Part shown: positions 24,883 through 34,725 of the stretch, piece after piece
Layout: each line of letters starts with the position of its first letter
Numbering within the stretch: the stretch's first letter is position 1
Assembly: GCA_900316365.1 (NCBI GenBank)
Contig: ONCO01000001.1
Span: forward strand, 71,380 to 135,379
Source: an uncultured Erysipelotrichaceae bacterium
GTDB lineage: Bacteria; Bacillota_I; Bacilli_A; RFN20; CAG-826
Direction of reading: 5' to 3'
DNA length: 64,000 bases
Notes under the pieces: generated by a model
The model's database searches: none
The model's input: the letters and a program-made list of their open reading frames with translations, nothing else
What the model was told of the DNA's origin: nothing
Translations under genes and position numbers: made by a program

Positions 24883-27276
24883 ATGAAAGACGGCAAAAAA
24901 TACGAAGGCGCATTGATAATTTCGCCTAGAGAAAAAAGCGACGAACTACTCAGATTCCGTAAAGAATTCCCGGAGATTGATTTCTCCTTTATGGATCTAA
25001 AAGAAGCGGAGAAACTCTTCCTTAACCAAAGCGATTCCCGCGCGTTAAGAGTCTTATTGGCCAAAGGCTATTCCCTAGAAAAATCTAAGGACATCCTTTC
25101 TGCGCTTAGGTATTTCAAAGAGAATCACGGGGAGGACGAGAAACTCAAAGAACTCTCCTCTTTATATAAAGAATTATCTGAGGCCTCCCTCCTATATCGT
25201 GACGTCTACCCGGAAAGAAGCTTCGAAGGCAAGAACGTCGTCGTTTCCTCTTACTTACCGTCTAAACACATCGAGAATTTCTTCAAAGGGTTAGCTATCG
25301 CCTCTTTGACCTATGAAGAAGCAGAACTTGTTACCCCGCCTTGCTACGTCTTCAAAGATCCATATGCGGAGCTCCATTATGTCTTTAACCGCATCGCGAA
25401 GATGATTGATGATGGAGTCCCACCGGATGACATTTACCTTGCTAATATCGATGATGGGTATGCGTATATCATCCCCGTTATGGCTAAAGCCTATGGTTTT
25501 TCTATCGCCCCATTCTCAAAAAGGCGCCTCTTTGATTTGCCTCTGGGTCAGCGTTTCCTCTCCCTTCTTGATGAAGGTGCGGTGGAAGAAGCCATCTCCA
25601 AACTTAAAGAGGAATTCCCTCTTGATCCGAATGTCGACTCATTAGAGAGGAAGATCCTTGAAGTCAGCGTGCCTGAATTAGAAAAGGGGAAACAGAAAGA
25701 GATTTATGTCGATTTGCTTAAATCCACCTCCGAAAGGCATGTTGCCATTAAGAATGCGGTTAGGGTATTAAACGGAGAGCGACTTCCATCCTCTAGTCAC
25801 GTTTTCTATCTCAATTTCTCCTTAGGCAAAGCGCCTCATCTATCAAGGGATGATGGCTATCTTTCCGATAAGGAACTCTCTTTTATTGGCGCGCCTACTA
25901 GCAGCGAGAAGAACCTCGACGCGGAATCTTATTTAATTTCCGATGTCTTAGGCGGTTCGGTGGAGATGCTGTCTAGATGCAGATATTCATTCGAAGGCGA
26001 GACTTTCCCTTCTCCGCTTATAGGCAAGGAAATGCCTAATGGCGAAGTCATAGAAGAAAAAGAAGCCCCGGCTCTAGATTATGAATATTCCAAAGACTTC
26101 ACCGCCTTTGAATTGGCTAACCTTTTAGATATCCGCGCGGATTACCTCATCGATAATCCAAAGATTGATTATCTTAAAGATAAAGGGGCGGAAGGCCTTT
26201 ATTCCTGGCGTAGCTTCGATCCTAAATTCGAGAAGTTCGACGCCGGACTCTCCGATAAGGTCTTAACCCATTCCTATAGCGCGCTCGACACCTACTTCGA
26301 ATGCCCATTTCATTATTACCTCCAGAAGGTTCTTAAGATCGATGATGGCGAGGCTTTATTCTCTGCGCGTTTGGGAGAGATCGCCCATGGCATGTTAGAA
26401 CGCGCCTATAAGGATGAATCCTTAAGCTTCGAAGACGCTTATTCGGCGTCTTTAAATGAGAGCCTAGAGGAAAGAGGCCCGCTTAATGCCAAGGAGGAGT
26501 TCTTCGTTAATAGGACTAAAGGCGTTCTCGAGAGGGCGTTTAACTATCAGAAAGAGATTACTTCCGAGACCATCAATCCGACCCATTATTGCGAGGATAA
26601 AGTCGATATCAAATTAAGCGAAAAGACCAATCTCACTTGCCGTATCGATAGGGCAACGGTCTTCGGTAATGCGAATGACAAACTGGTGATTACAGACTAC
26701 AAAACCGGCTCTTTCCATTTTGATGAGTCGCTCGTTGAGTATGGTTTAGGGCTCCAGTTACCGATCTATTCCTTCGCCGCGCATAAGTCTCCGAAATATA
26801 GCGACAAGAAGATTGTCGGCTTATTCATCAGCCGAATCCTCCCAAGTAGCGCCATCCACGATAAGAAGGCAATCGAGAAGCATTATGGCGATGCCTTTAA
26901 ACTTAGCGGCATCTTCCTAAGAGACATCTCAGCCCTCAATGAATTCGGCGGCGCTTACCTTGACCATATCGCTGGAAGCAAGGTTAAGAATAATGGCGAA
27001 TTCCAATACGAAACCGCGGTAAGGGACGCCTCGGTTTTCGAATGGATATCAATAGAGGCGGAAAAACAAATCAATAGAGCCGATGAAGCCATCAGGAACT
27101 CTGAATTCGAAATCAAACCAGTAGACGCGAAAGGAAAGAAGGGCAGCATCAACGCCTGCGATTATTGCCCATTCCGGGATTGTTGTTACCGCAAGGACGA
27201 CGCCTATAAGCGCATCCACGTACAAAGCGCGAAAGAAGAAGCAGGAAGCGAAGGGGAGGGCGAAAGCAATGAGTGA
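24883..27276 (+). CDS. addB: AddB/RexB-type helicase-nuclease subunit (short form, no Walker A)
   Basis: C-terminal PD-(D/E)XK motif (RIDRATVF...LVITDYKTG) flanked by Fe-S cysteines (ECPFHYY ... CDYCPFRDCC). 797 aa, with an 8-nt overlap onto addA. Confidence 0.8.
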   Translation: MKDGKKYEGALIISPREKSDELLRFRKEFPEIDFSFMDLKEAEKLFLNQSDSRALRVLLAKGYSLEKSKDILSALRYFKENHGEDEKLKELSSLYKELSEASLLYRDVYPERSFEGKNVVVSSYLPSKHIENFFKGLAIASLTYEEAELVTPPCYVFKDPYAELHYVFNRIAKMIDDGVPPDDIYLANIDDGYAYIIPVMAKAYGFSIAPFSKRRLFDLPLGQRFLSLLDEGAVEEAISKLKEEFPLDPNVDSLERKILEVSVPELEKGKQKEIYVDLLKSTSERHVAIKNAVRVLNGERLPSSSHVFYLNFSLGKAPHLSRDDGYLSDKELSFIGAPTSSEKNLDAESYLISDVLGGSVEMLSRCRYSFEGETFPSPLIGKEMPNGEVIEEKEAPALDYEYSKDFTAFELANLLDIRADYLIDNPKIDYLKDKGAEGLYSWRSFDPKFEKFDAGLSDKVLTHSYSALDTYFECPFHYYLQKVLKIDDGEALFSARLGEIAHGMLERAYKDESLSFEDAYSASLNESLEERGPLNAKEEFFVNRTKGVLERAFNYQKEITSETINPTHYCEDKVDIKLSEKTNLTCRIDRATVFGNANDKLVITDYKTGSFHFDESLVEYGLGLQLPIYSFAAHKSPKYSDKKIVGLFISRILPSSAIHDKKAIEKHYGDAFKLSGIFLRDISALNEFGGAYLDHIAGSKVKNNGEFQYETAVRDASVFEWISIEAEKQINRADEAIRNSEFEIKPVDAKGKKGSINACDYCPFRDCCYRKDDAYKRIHVQSAKEEAGSEGEGESNE

Positions 27277-30200
27277 CTTAATCGACCAGAAAGACCGCGA
27301 TGGCGCGTTGCACTCCAAAGAAGGCAATCATCTTATTTCCGCTGGCGCGGGAAGCGGCAAAACCTTTACCCTCGCCAACCGCATCATTGAGTTGATGGCG
27401 GAAAAGAATCCTGACGGAACTTACAAGAGGCATTTCTCTGAGCTTTTGGTTATGACCTTCACCAAGAAGGCCGCGGCTGAGATGAAGGATCGTACCCGCA
27501 AGTTCTTAAGGGAGAGCGGCAAATATGATGACCTTCTCCCGGAAGTCGAGAACGCCTCAATCGTCACCTTTGACGCGTTCGCCTTACAGATCGTTAAGAA
27601 ATTCCATTACGAATTAGGTTTAGGCGGAGACGTCCAAAACCTCGATGAAGGCATCATCAACATCAAGAAGAAGGAACTCCTTGAGCAGATCCTCATGGAG
27701 AAATATGAAGGCGTTAAAAGGGGCAAAGAAGAACGTTTCGCGTCTCTTATCAGACGTCATGAGATGAAAGACGATGACGACATCGCCAACATCGTTTTAA
27801 AACTCCTCGCCCAGGCCGACTTAAGCCCGGACAAAGATGCTTTCTTCGACGAATTGCCAAACAAGGAATTCAGCGATTCCCTCATGGATGAGGCCATTCA
27901 GGCCTTCTTTAACTACCAGAAGGAACTCGTTAATAAAACCTACGAGGACCTCCTATCTAACGCTGGACTCTTCGAAGATTGCCAAGAAGCGCTCGACGAG
28001 AACCTTAAGATTATCCAATCCCTCTCCGAAATCACCGATTACGATACCTTCTATTCCACCTTGACCACCATCAAGTTCAAGCAGTATCGCGGCTTAGATG
28101 AAGAAGCAAAGAAGACTAAAGACTCCCTCATGGGCCCGTTTAATGATGCTAAGGGTGCCGTCAAAGCCCACGGCGAGAGCAAAGCCATCAAAGAGAGAAT
28201 CCTTAGAACCAAGGACGATGTTTTAGAAATCATCGATTTGGCCAAGAGACTAAGCGAAAGAATCGACGCCTTTAAGAAGGAGAAGAACGCGTGGAGCTTT
28301 GCCGATATCGCTAAGTTAGCCGCGAAAGCCGTCACCATCCCATCGGTAAAGAAGGAACTCCAGGAACGTTACCATTACATCATGATCGACGAATATCAGG
28401 ACACGAGCGACCTCCAGGAGGCCTTCGTTAATTCCTTGGAATGCCCAAACGTCTTCCAAGTCGGCGATATGAAGCAGTCCATCTATGGCTTTAGAAACGC
28501 CAACCCGTCGTTGTTCCTATCTAAATACAAAGATTACCAAGCCCATAAAGGAGGCACTTTGTATCAATTATCCGCGAACTTCAGAACCCGCGGACCGATG
28601 CTTGAATCCATCAATGACATGTTCGACGAGATCATGACCACCGAAGTAGGCGGGGTCGATTATCGTAACGGCCACGCTCTCGCGCAAGGCAATAAGAGTT
28701 ACGTTGAGGGTTCGGTCGACCATCATGCCGTGCTTGTTAAATATGGCGCGGTCTATAACGAAGATAGGGGCAAGACCGAAGCGCAGTTAATCGCCGAAGA
28801 TATCCAAAGGAAAGTCGCGGAGAAATATCAGATCTTCAATAAGGAAAAGAAGGTATACCGCGATTGCACTTATAGCGACTTCGCCGTCTTGGTCGATAAA
28901 CGCACCGAGCTTGATGCCTATAAGAAGGTCTTCTCGGAATACAAGATTCCTTTCGAAGCCTCCGAAAAAGGCGAAAGGTCTGAAGCGGAAATCACGATCG
29001 CCCTTAAGAACCTCTCCCGTTTCGCCGTCATCTTTGAAGAAAGCGGCGAGCAGGCTGAGAAAGAGAAGAAACATCTCTATGTCTCCTTATCACGTTCCTT
29101 CCTTTTAAGGAGTAAGGACAAAGAAATCTTCGAAGGCCTTAAGGTTAACGACAAGTGGAAGGAGTCTCCTCTCTACCGTTTCTTCTTTGAGCACCACAAA
29201 GAACTCCTTTCCGCCAACCTTGAAGACGCGTTGGCGCTATTTATCGAGCACTTCGAGATCATTGAGAAGCTGCCTCTATTGGGTGAAGTCAAAGAGAACT
29301 ATGAATTATTGGATTCCTTTGAGCATCTCGCCGCCTCGATGAGCAAACTCGGCTATAAGCTCAAAGAGTTCTCAGAATACTTCGAGCAGCTCGAGAAATA
29401 TGACGAGTCCTTTAACGTCGCCCCGTCTTTCAGCGGCAATGACGTCGTCCGTTATCTCACCATCCATCAATCCAAAGGATTGGAATACCCAATCATCTAT
29501 CTCCCATCCTTATTCCATAGCTTCGAATCCCAGATGAATAGGAAGGCCAATAACTCCGCCTATAAAACGAGCGCTAGATTTGGTCTTATAATCCCTTCCA
29601 TCCAGGATGAGATAGAGGCCCAAAACGGCATTGAAGATACTACACAGTCGACGGTCTACGCCTTCGTTGAAAAGCTTTTGGCCAAGAAAGAGGCCTTAAG
29701 CGAGAAGATGAGGCTCTTCTATGTCGCCTTGACCCGTGCGAAAGAAGGGGCCTATCTCTACGAAATGGATAAAGGCGATAAACCTCTCGTAAGCGATCCA
29801 AGGAACGCAAAACGCTTCGACGATTTCCTTGATTGCTATAGCAACAAGAAAGGAACCCTTAAGGTCGAGGTTACCTCCGGTCCAACCGGGCATAAAGGAA
29901 ACGGCAGAAGCCTAGCCGGCGATTTCAAGCCATTCGAATACCATTCCATCTCCGTGACTCCATATGTGAAGAATGTCGCTCGAGCGTCCAAAGAAGCCCG
30001 TGGCCTGCCTGATGAAGGCGCCCTCCGTTTCGGCGAGAAACTCCATAGGCTTTTAGAGCTCTCTGACTTCGCCTCCAAAGATAGCTCCTGGATCAAGGAA
30101 GACGCCGAAAGAAAACTGATCCAAGGCGTTTTGTCATTGTCTTTATTCGAAAAAGCAGGGGAGGCGAAGGTCTATCATGAATACGCCTTCTATGACGAAG

Positions 30201-30406
30201 ATAATGACCTCAATGGCATCATCGACTTGTTGCTTGTCTATCCTGATCACATCGATTTGGTCGACTTCAAGACCTCCAACATCGAAGATGGGGCCTACGT
30301 TAAGCAGTTAGATAGCTACAGCGAATACCTCAAAAAGGTCTTCAACAAACCAATCAAACGCTATCTCCTCTCCATCGTCGGTCAGACGTTTAAGGAGATT
30401 ATGTAA
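27269..30406 (+). CDS. addA: AddA/RexA ATP-dependent helicase-nuclease
   Basis: UvrD-type motifs (AGAGSGKT, MIDEYQDT, QSIYGFRNA) and a C-terminal nuclease motif (IIDLLLVY...DLVDFKT). Confidence 0.9.
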   Translation: MSDLIDQKDRDGALHSKEGNHLISAGAGSGKTFTLANRIIELMAEKNPDGTYKRHFSELLVMTFTKKAAAEMKDRTRKFLRESGKYDDLLPEVENASIVTFDAFALQIVKKFHYELGLGGDVQNLDEGIINIKKKELLEQILMEKYEGVKRGKEERFASLIRRHEMKDDDDIANIVLKLLAQADLSPDKDAFFDELPNKEFSDSLMDEAIQAFFNYQKELVNKTYEDLLSNAGLFEDCQEALDENLKIIQSLSEITDYDTFYSTLTTIKFKQYRGLDEEAKKTKDSLMGPFNDAKGAVKAHGESKAIKERILRTKDDVLEIIDLAKRLSERIDAFKKEKNAWSFADIAKLAAKAVTIPSVKKELQERYHYIMIDEYQDTSDLQEAFVNSLECPNVFQVGDMKQSIYGFRNANPSLFLSKYKDYQAHKGGTLYQLSANFRTRGPMLESINDMFDEIMTTEVGGVDYRNGHALAQGNKSYVEGSVDHHAVLVKYGAVYNEDRGKTEAQLIAEDIQRKVAEKYQIFNKEKKVYRDCTYSDFAVLVDKRTELDAYKKVFSEYKIPFEASEKGERSEAEITIALKNLSRFAVIFEESGEQAEKEKKHLYVSLSRSFLLRSKDKEIFEGLKVNDKWKESPLYRFFFEHHKELLSANLEDALALFIEHFEIIEKLPLLGEVKENYELLDSFEHLAASMSKLGYKLKEFSEYFEQLEKYDESFNVAPSFSGNDVVRYLTIHQSKGLEYPIIYLPSLFHSFESQMNRKANNSAYKTSARFGLIIPSIQDEIEAQNGIEDTTQSTVYAFVEKLLAKKEALSEKMRLFYVALTRAKEGAYLYEMDKGDKPLVSDPRNAKRFDDFLDCYSNKKGTLKVEVTSGPTGHKGNGRSLAGDFKPFEYHSISVTPYVKNVARASKEARGLPDEGALRFGEKLHRLLELSDFASKDSSWIKEDAERKLIQGVLSLSLFEKAGEAKVYHEYAFYDEDNDLNGIIDLLLVYPDHIDLVDFKTSNIEDGAYVKQLDSYSEYLKKVFNKPIKRYLLSIVGQTFKEIM

Positions 30407-30473
30407 GCGATTAGAGAAACATATCTTGTGATATGTCTATGTGCGAAAGGCTTAAAAAGAGTAAACTAAATCC

Positions 30474-31619
30474 ATGACCGAAGAAGAAAAGAAAAAATCG
30501 TATTTTGACTTGCTCGAGCATCTTCATGTTCCTGAGAATTTTGACTATGAGCTTCTTTTCGTCTTATTCGAGGAAGCGACCGAAGGCGCGGAGGGCATGA
30601 AAGACCAGAATCCGATCGTCGGATCTTTTGGTATCAATCCAATCGAGCTCACTATGTACCTCGTTTACGAGCATTCCTTCCACCTCCTCATGAGCGGCAA
30701 GGAACCAAAAGACGTCTACGATGATGAGGCATATCATCAGACCGTCTGCTCGATTGCGCTTGATAAGTATTACACCAACGAGCACCTCGCCTACCGCATG
30801 GATGCCTATGCCTCGAAGCACCATCCAAGCATCTCTACCATTACCCTTTATCTCAACTTCATGTTGGGCATGCTCCAAAGATATCAAAGGGGCGATAAGA
30901 ACCTTAACCTCATCATCGACATCATGACCAAGGGCTTCCAGATGTCCAAATGCATATGTTCCCTCTTGGAAGATGGTTTCGAGACCGAGGCTTTCTCCAC
31001 CTGGCGTACCCTCCACGAGAATGAGTGCATTCTCCAGGTTTTGGTTAAATATGGCCTCCCGACCATCCAAAGGTATTACCGGCACTTAACATACGCGATC
31101 GCTTTCCGTAAAGGCTTAAAGACCAAGGAAGAGACCGACGCCATCTTCGTCGAGATCAAAGAGAAGATGAAGGAAGTCGACCTTAAGAGCAAAGACATGA
31201 AGCGCTTCATCGAATATGGCTGGCTTTTAGGCGTGCCTGATGTCATGAAGGTCGAAGGCTTTAAATTCAACTTCCGCGATGGCGTGGAACGCATCTCCGG
31301 CTTGACCCAGTATCGCTCCGCCTACGAAGTCTCCAGCGAAATCGCCCATTCCTCCCCGATTCTTATCTACTCCCAGAAAGAGTATTACCATCACCTTTCC
31401 TTATTGCTCCTATATGAGTCCTTCTTCCGTATGGAGAAAATCTTCGCCTCCCTCTTCATGAGCATGGTCGGCAAAGAAGAGCAGGAAGCCTACGTCAGGA
31501 TGCGTAATCTCTATTCCAACGAACTCAAGCTCTCCTACGAATACGAAAAAAGGCAGATGTCCCGTTTCGGGAAACCTGCCGAGGAGAATAAGCCTTCTGC
31601 TCCAAAGGAGGGCGAATAA
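30474..31619 (+). CDS. Hypothetical all-alpha cytoplasmic protein (381 aa)
   Basis: Long ORF with coding-like composition and no recognised motif. It is preceded by TAAACT-N6-ATG. Confidence 0.7.
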   Translation: MTEEEKKKSYFDLLEHLHVPENFDYELLFVLFEEATEGAEGMKDQNPIVGSFGINPIELTMYLVYEHSFHLLMSGKEPKDVYDDEAYHQTVCSIALDKYYTNEHLAYRMDAYASKHHPSISTITLYLNFMLGMLQRYQRGDKNLNLIIDIMTKGFQMSKCICSLLEDGFETEAFSTWRTLHENECILQVLVKYGLPTIQRYYRHLTYAIAFRKGLKTKEETDAIFVEIKEKMKEVDLKSKDMKRFIEYGWLLGVPDVMKVEGFKFNFRDGVERISGLTQYRSAYEVSSEIAHSSPILIYSQKEYYHHLSLLLLYESFFRMEKIFASLFMSMVGKEEQEAYVRMRNLYSNELKLSYEYEKRQMSRFGKPAEENKPSAPKEGE

Positions 31620-33269
31620 TCACACGTCCTTGTAGCAAGAACCACCGATGAATTCCCTGATCAAGGAATTCGATGGAATCCATTGATCGTCCATATCGAC
31701 GAAGAACTTAAGCATGTGCTTGAGCCTCGACGCCGTCGGATAGAACTCACTGTCCCTCTCGATCTTCATAAGAAGCGGGAGGGCGTATTTTTTCATGACC
31801 GGTAATTCATATGGGAGGTAGGAGTTATAGACATAATCGCAGCCTTCCTGAGTCTTATAGATCCACTTGAATTCGCCGCGTCTGACGCTTGGCCACATGG
31901 ACATGGTCTCTTCCGCGCTGGAGTTGCGGTACTTATGGTCGCGGACGATGCGGCGGATAAGACGTAAGTCGGTCAAGGAGACCGGGTTATGGTCGTCGAG
32001 ATTCATCTGCGACTGCGGGGCGATGAAGATCTTGAATTTCGCGTTCTTCGGGATGTCGCGGGTGAGGATCTCATTGAGCGCGTGGATGCCTTCGATGATG
32101 AGAGGTTCATGCTCGCCGATGGAAAGGGTTCTGCCCGGAACCGCGTGACCGAGCTGGAAGTCGAAACGCGGAAGGGTGACGGTCTCGCCGTTGATTAACG
32201 CGACCATATCGGAAGCGAAATGCTCGATGTCTAAGGCGTTGATGGTCTCATAGTCTGGTTTGCCGTCTTCATCGAGTGGGGTCTCTCCTTTTGGCTTGTA
32301 ATAGTCATCAAGGGAGATGCGGATCGGATGGATGCCGCGGGAAAGGAGCTCGATCCTTAAGCGGTTGGCAAAGGTGGTCTTGCCAGAACTAGATGGACCC
32401 GCGATGCAGATGAGGCGGATGTTATCGATATCGTTCTCAATCATCTGACCGAGTTCGCAGAGCATGCGGTTATGCTTGGCCTCGCAGAGATTGATGAATT
32501 CGATGGTGCCCAAATCCTGGATCTGGGAGTTGATGCCGGCGACGGAAGCGGCACCGACGATTCTGCCCCAGTGATGGGCATCGTAAAGGGTGCGGGCGAA
32601 GGTTGGGGAATCCTCGTATTCTGGGATTTTGCCGCCTTCTTCGGCGCGTGGGTATCTGATGAGGAGACCTGGGTTATAGAGCTTGATCTCGTAATCGGTG
32701 ATATAGGCGGTTGATGGGGCCATATGCTGATACATATAGTCGATGTATTCGCCAGCCTTATTCAAATGGACGGTCTTCTCTGGGCGGAAAGGCAAGATGG
32801 CGAGCTTATCGTCAAAGCCTTTTTCCTTATAGAATTCGGCCGCTTCGGCATTTGACATGACCAAACGTGTGATTGGGAGATCCTCTTTGATGATCTTGTC
32901 CATTTCGGCCTTGACCTTATCCATCATGGCCTTATCCGCGTGGTGACCTTTGGTCAAGATATGGACCGAGATGCAGCGGGAGACGTTATAGGCCAAGCGG
33001 AACTTAAGCTCTGGATAGATGCGGTTCCAAGCCATCGAGAAGATGAAGCGTAAGGTGGCCTCATAGACGCGGACGGCGTCTGGGTCCTTAACGGTGAGGA
33101 AGTCAATCTCCGCGTCGAAATAGATCTCGAAGTTGAGCTCGCGAACGCGGTTATTGACCCTAGCGCAGATATACTCGTGATTCGGGTCTTGGTCTTTAAT
33201 CAAATCGAGAAGGCGAACTTTTGTTTCAAAAGTTCTTTCCTGCCCGAGGTATTTCAATTTGAATGACAT
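31620..33269 (-). CDS. TGS/ThrRS-N-like domain fused to a uridine kinase (PRK/Udk) family P-loop kinase
   Basis: P-loop GPSSSGKTTF, with Udk-like downstream motifs and an N-terminal TGS-like beta-grasp. Start set to ATG 33269 (MSFKLKY), which is preceded by GGAGG. The track's start at 33326 lacks an RBS. Confidence 0.78.
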   Translation of the reverse strand: MSFKLKYLGQERTFETKVRLLDLIKDQDPNHEYICARVNNRVRELNFEIYFDAEIDFLTVKDPDAVRVYEATLRFIFSMAWNRIYPELKFRLAYNVSRCISVHILTKGHHADKAMMDKVKAEMDKIIKEDLPITRLVMSNAEAAEFYKEKGFDDKLAILPFRPEKTVHLNKAGEYIDYMYQHMAPSTAYITDYEIKLYNPGLLIRYPRAEEGGKIPEYEDSPTFARTLYDAHHWGRIVGAASVAGINSQIQDLGTIEFINLCEAKHNRMLCELGQMIENDIDNIRLICIAGPSSSGKTTFANRLRIELLSRGIHPIRISLDDYYKPKGETPLDEDGKPDYETINALDIEHFASDMVALINGETVTLPRFDFQLGHAVPGRTLSIGEHEPLIIEGIHALNEILTRDIPKNAKFKIFIAPQSQMNLDDHNPVSLTDLRLIRRIVRDHKYRNSSAEETMSMWPSVRRGEFKWIYKTQEGCDYVYNSYLPYELPVMKKYALPLLMKIERDSEFYPTASRLKHMLKFFVDMDDQWIPSNSLIREFIGGSCYKDV

Positions 33270-33460
33270 TTTTCTTTTTCCTCCGACAAAGCCTGTTATC
33301 TTATCGAGAAAGCGCTTTCTTTGCAATAGAGATCAATGAGTTTTTGGGATTTACCGATATTTCATTTTTTCATCTTGTTTACGCCCAAAGCCCTGTTTCG
33401 ATTGAAACGAGAAAGGAAAATACTTAAGATTGGTCTATATGCTTTTAGCATAAGACGTCT

Positions 33461-33949
33461 ATGAAGTTGAGTGAGAAATTCGTTAACTGGGAAGAATGGA
33501 AACGCAATGTCTTCATCCTTTCGATATTCGCGGTCGTGGTCACGATTGCTCTGCTCCCTTTTGCCTTGCTTGGTAACCCAGGCATCGCCATGGGTTTCTT
33601 GCTCGGCTCCGTGATCTCCGTTTTGGCTTATTTATCTATTGTCTATAGCTCTTTCGCCATCCTTCGTAGGGACAATGACGGCAAGGGCATGGGACTTAGC
33701 GTCTTTTTCTCTTTCGCCCGCATGGGCCTATATGCGATTGGCTTAGTGCTCGGCGCCCTTATGACCTTCGTCTTTAAGAATGCTTGGCTCAATTTCTGGG
33801 CCATCTTTGCCGCCTATATGCCAATGCCTGCTCTTATTGCCGTCCTTCACCTTATTGGACTCGGCAAGAAGAAAGAGAACGCTCCAGAAGCGAACAATCA
33901 CCTGATGAAGGGTGAAACTAGCACCGAGGGGAGAGAAGACCATGAATGA
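33461..33949 (+). CDS. atpI: AtpI-like small membrane protein at the head of the atp operon
   Basis: Four hydrophobic helices, positioned immediately upstream of atpB, with a hydrophilic C-terminal tail overlapping the atpB start. Confidence 0.6.
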   Translation: MKLSEKFVNWEEWKRNVFILSIFAVVVTIALLPFALLGNPGIAMGFLLGSVISVLAYLSIVYSSFAILRRDNDGKGMGLSVFFSFARMGLYAIGLVLGALMTFVFKNAWLNFWAIFAAYMPMPALIAVLHLIGLGKKKENAPEANNHLMKGETSTEGREDHE

Positions 33950-34712
33950 GCGTCTAGAGACCTTATTCGATTTTAATCCTTCCGGCGCGCTTATCTCTTC
34001 GCTTTTCGTTATGCTCATCGTCGTCGTTTTGGCGATTGTGGTGGGCATTATGGCCAAGAAGGCCGATCCGCTTAAACGTCCAAAGGGTCTTTTGTTGCTC
34101 GCTGAATTCTTCGTCGAGAAGATTTCCGGCTTCGTCAAAGAGAACATGGGTGAGAACTGGCAGCATATGACCGCCTACTTCATGACCTTGAGCGCTTACC
34201 TCTTCGTGGCCTTCATTTGGTCCATCACCGGTTTCCCAAGCATCATGGATAACATCTTCGCCCCGTTATCCCTCGCCCTCGTCATGTGGGTAATCATCAC
34301 CTTCACCGCCTTGCGTTATCAGAAGTTCGGTTATTTCCATCGTTACATCGAGCCGATCTTCCTTTTCCTTCCGATCAACATCATCTCCCAGTTAACCCCG
34401 ATTTTATCTACCACCCTTCGTATGTTCGGTAACGCCTTAAGCGGCACCATCATGATCCTCATCGTCCAGTGGGCCTTAAAAGGTCTTTCCGGCCTTATCT
34501 TCGGCTTCATGGGTCCGAACATCTCGACCCTTTGGCTCGCCCCGATTCCAGTCGGCGTGCTCAATCTTTATTTCGCGCTTTTCTCGGGTTTCATCCAAAC
34601 CCTTGTCTTCATATCCCTCAACGCGGCATGGATTTCCGCGGAACGCCCAGCAGAGGCGATGGGTTTAAGAAGCCAGGCTTTGCGTGGCCCGGAAGAAAAA
34701 GCGTCCATATAG
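33942..34712 (+). CDS. atpB: F0 ATP synthase subunit a
   Basis: Conserved LRMFGNALSG (essential Arg) and operon position. Start chosen at ATG 33942, after GAGGGGA. Confidence 0.9.
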   Translation: MNERLETLFDFNPSGALISSLFVMLIVVVLAIVVGIMAKKADPLKRPKGLLLLAEFFVEKISGFVKENMGENWQHMTAYFMTLSAYLFVAFIWSITGFPSIMDNIFAPLSLALVMWVIITFTALRYQKFGYFHRYIEPIFLFLPINIISQLTPILSTTLRMFGNALSGTIMILIVQWALKGLSGLIFGFMGPNISTLWLAPIPVGVLNLYFALFSGFIQTLVFISLNAAWISAERPAEAMGLRSQALRGPEEKASI

Positions 34713-34725
34713 GAGGAAACAGAAT

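Noticed and set aside
33336-33464. 42-aa ORF (MSFWDLPIFHFFILFTPKALFRLKRERKILKIGLYAFSIRRL) whose TGA overlaps the atpI ATG (ATGA).
   Set aside because: It has no RBS or promoter geometry, and it spans the region that should hold the atp promoter. Its composition looks like a translated AT-rich spacer. I kept it only as a note, because AtpZ-like mini-proteins do exist upstream of atpI in some bacteria.
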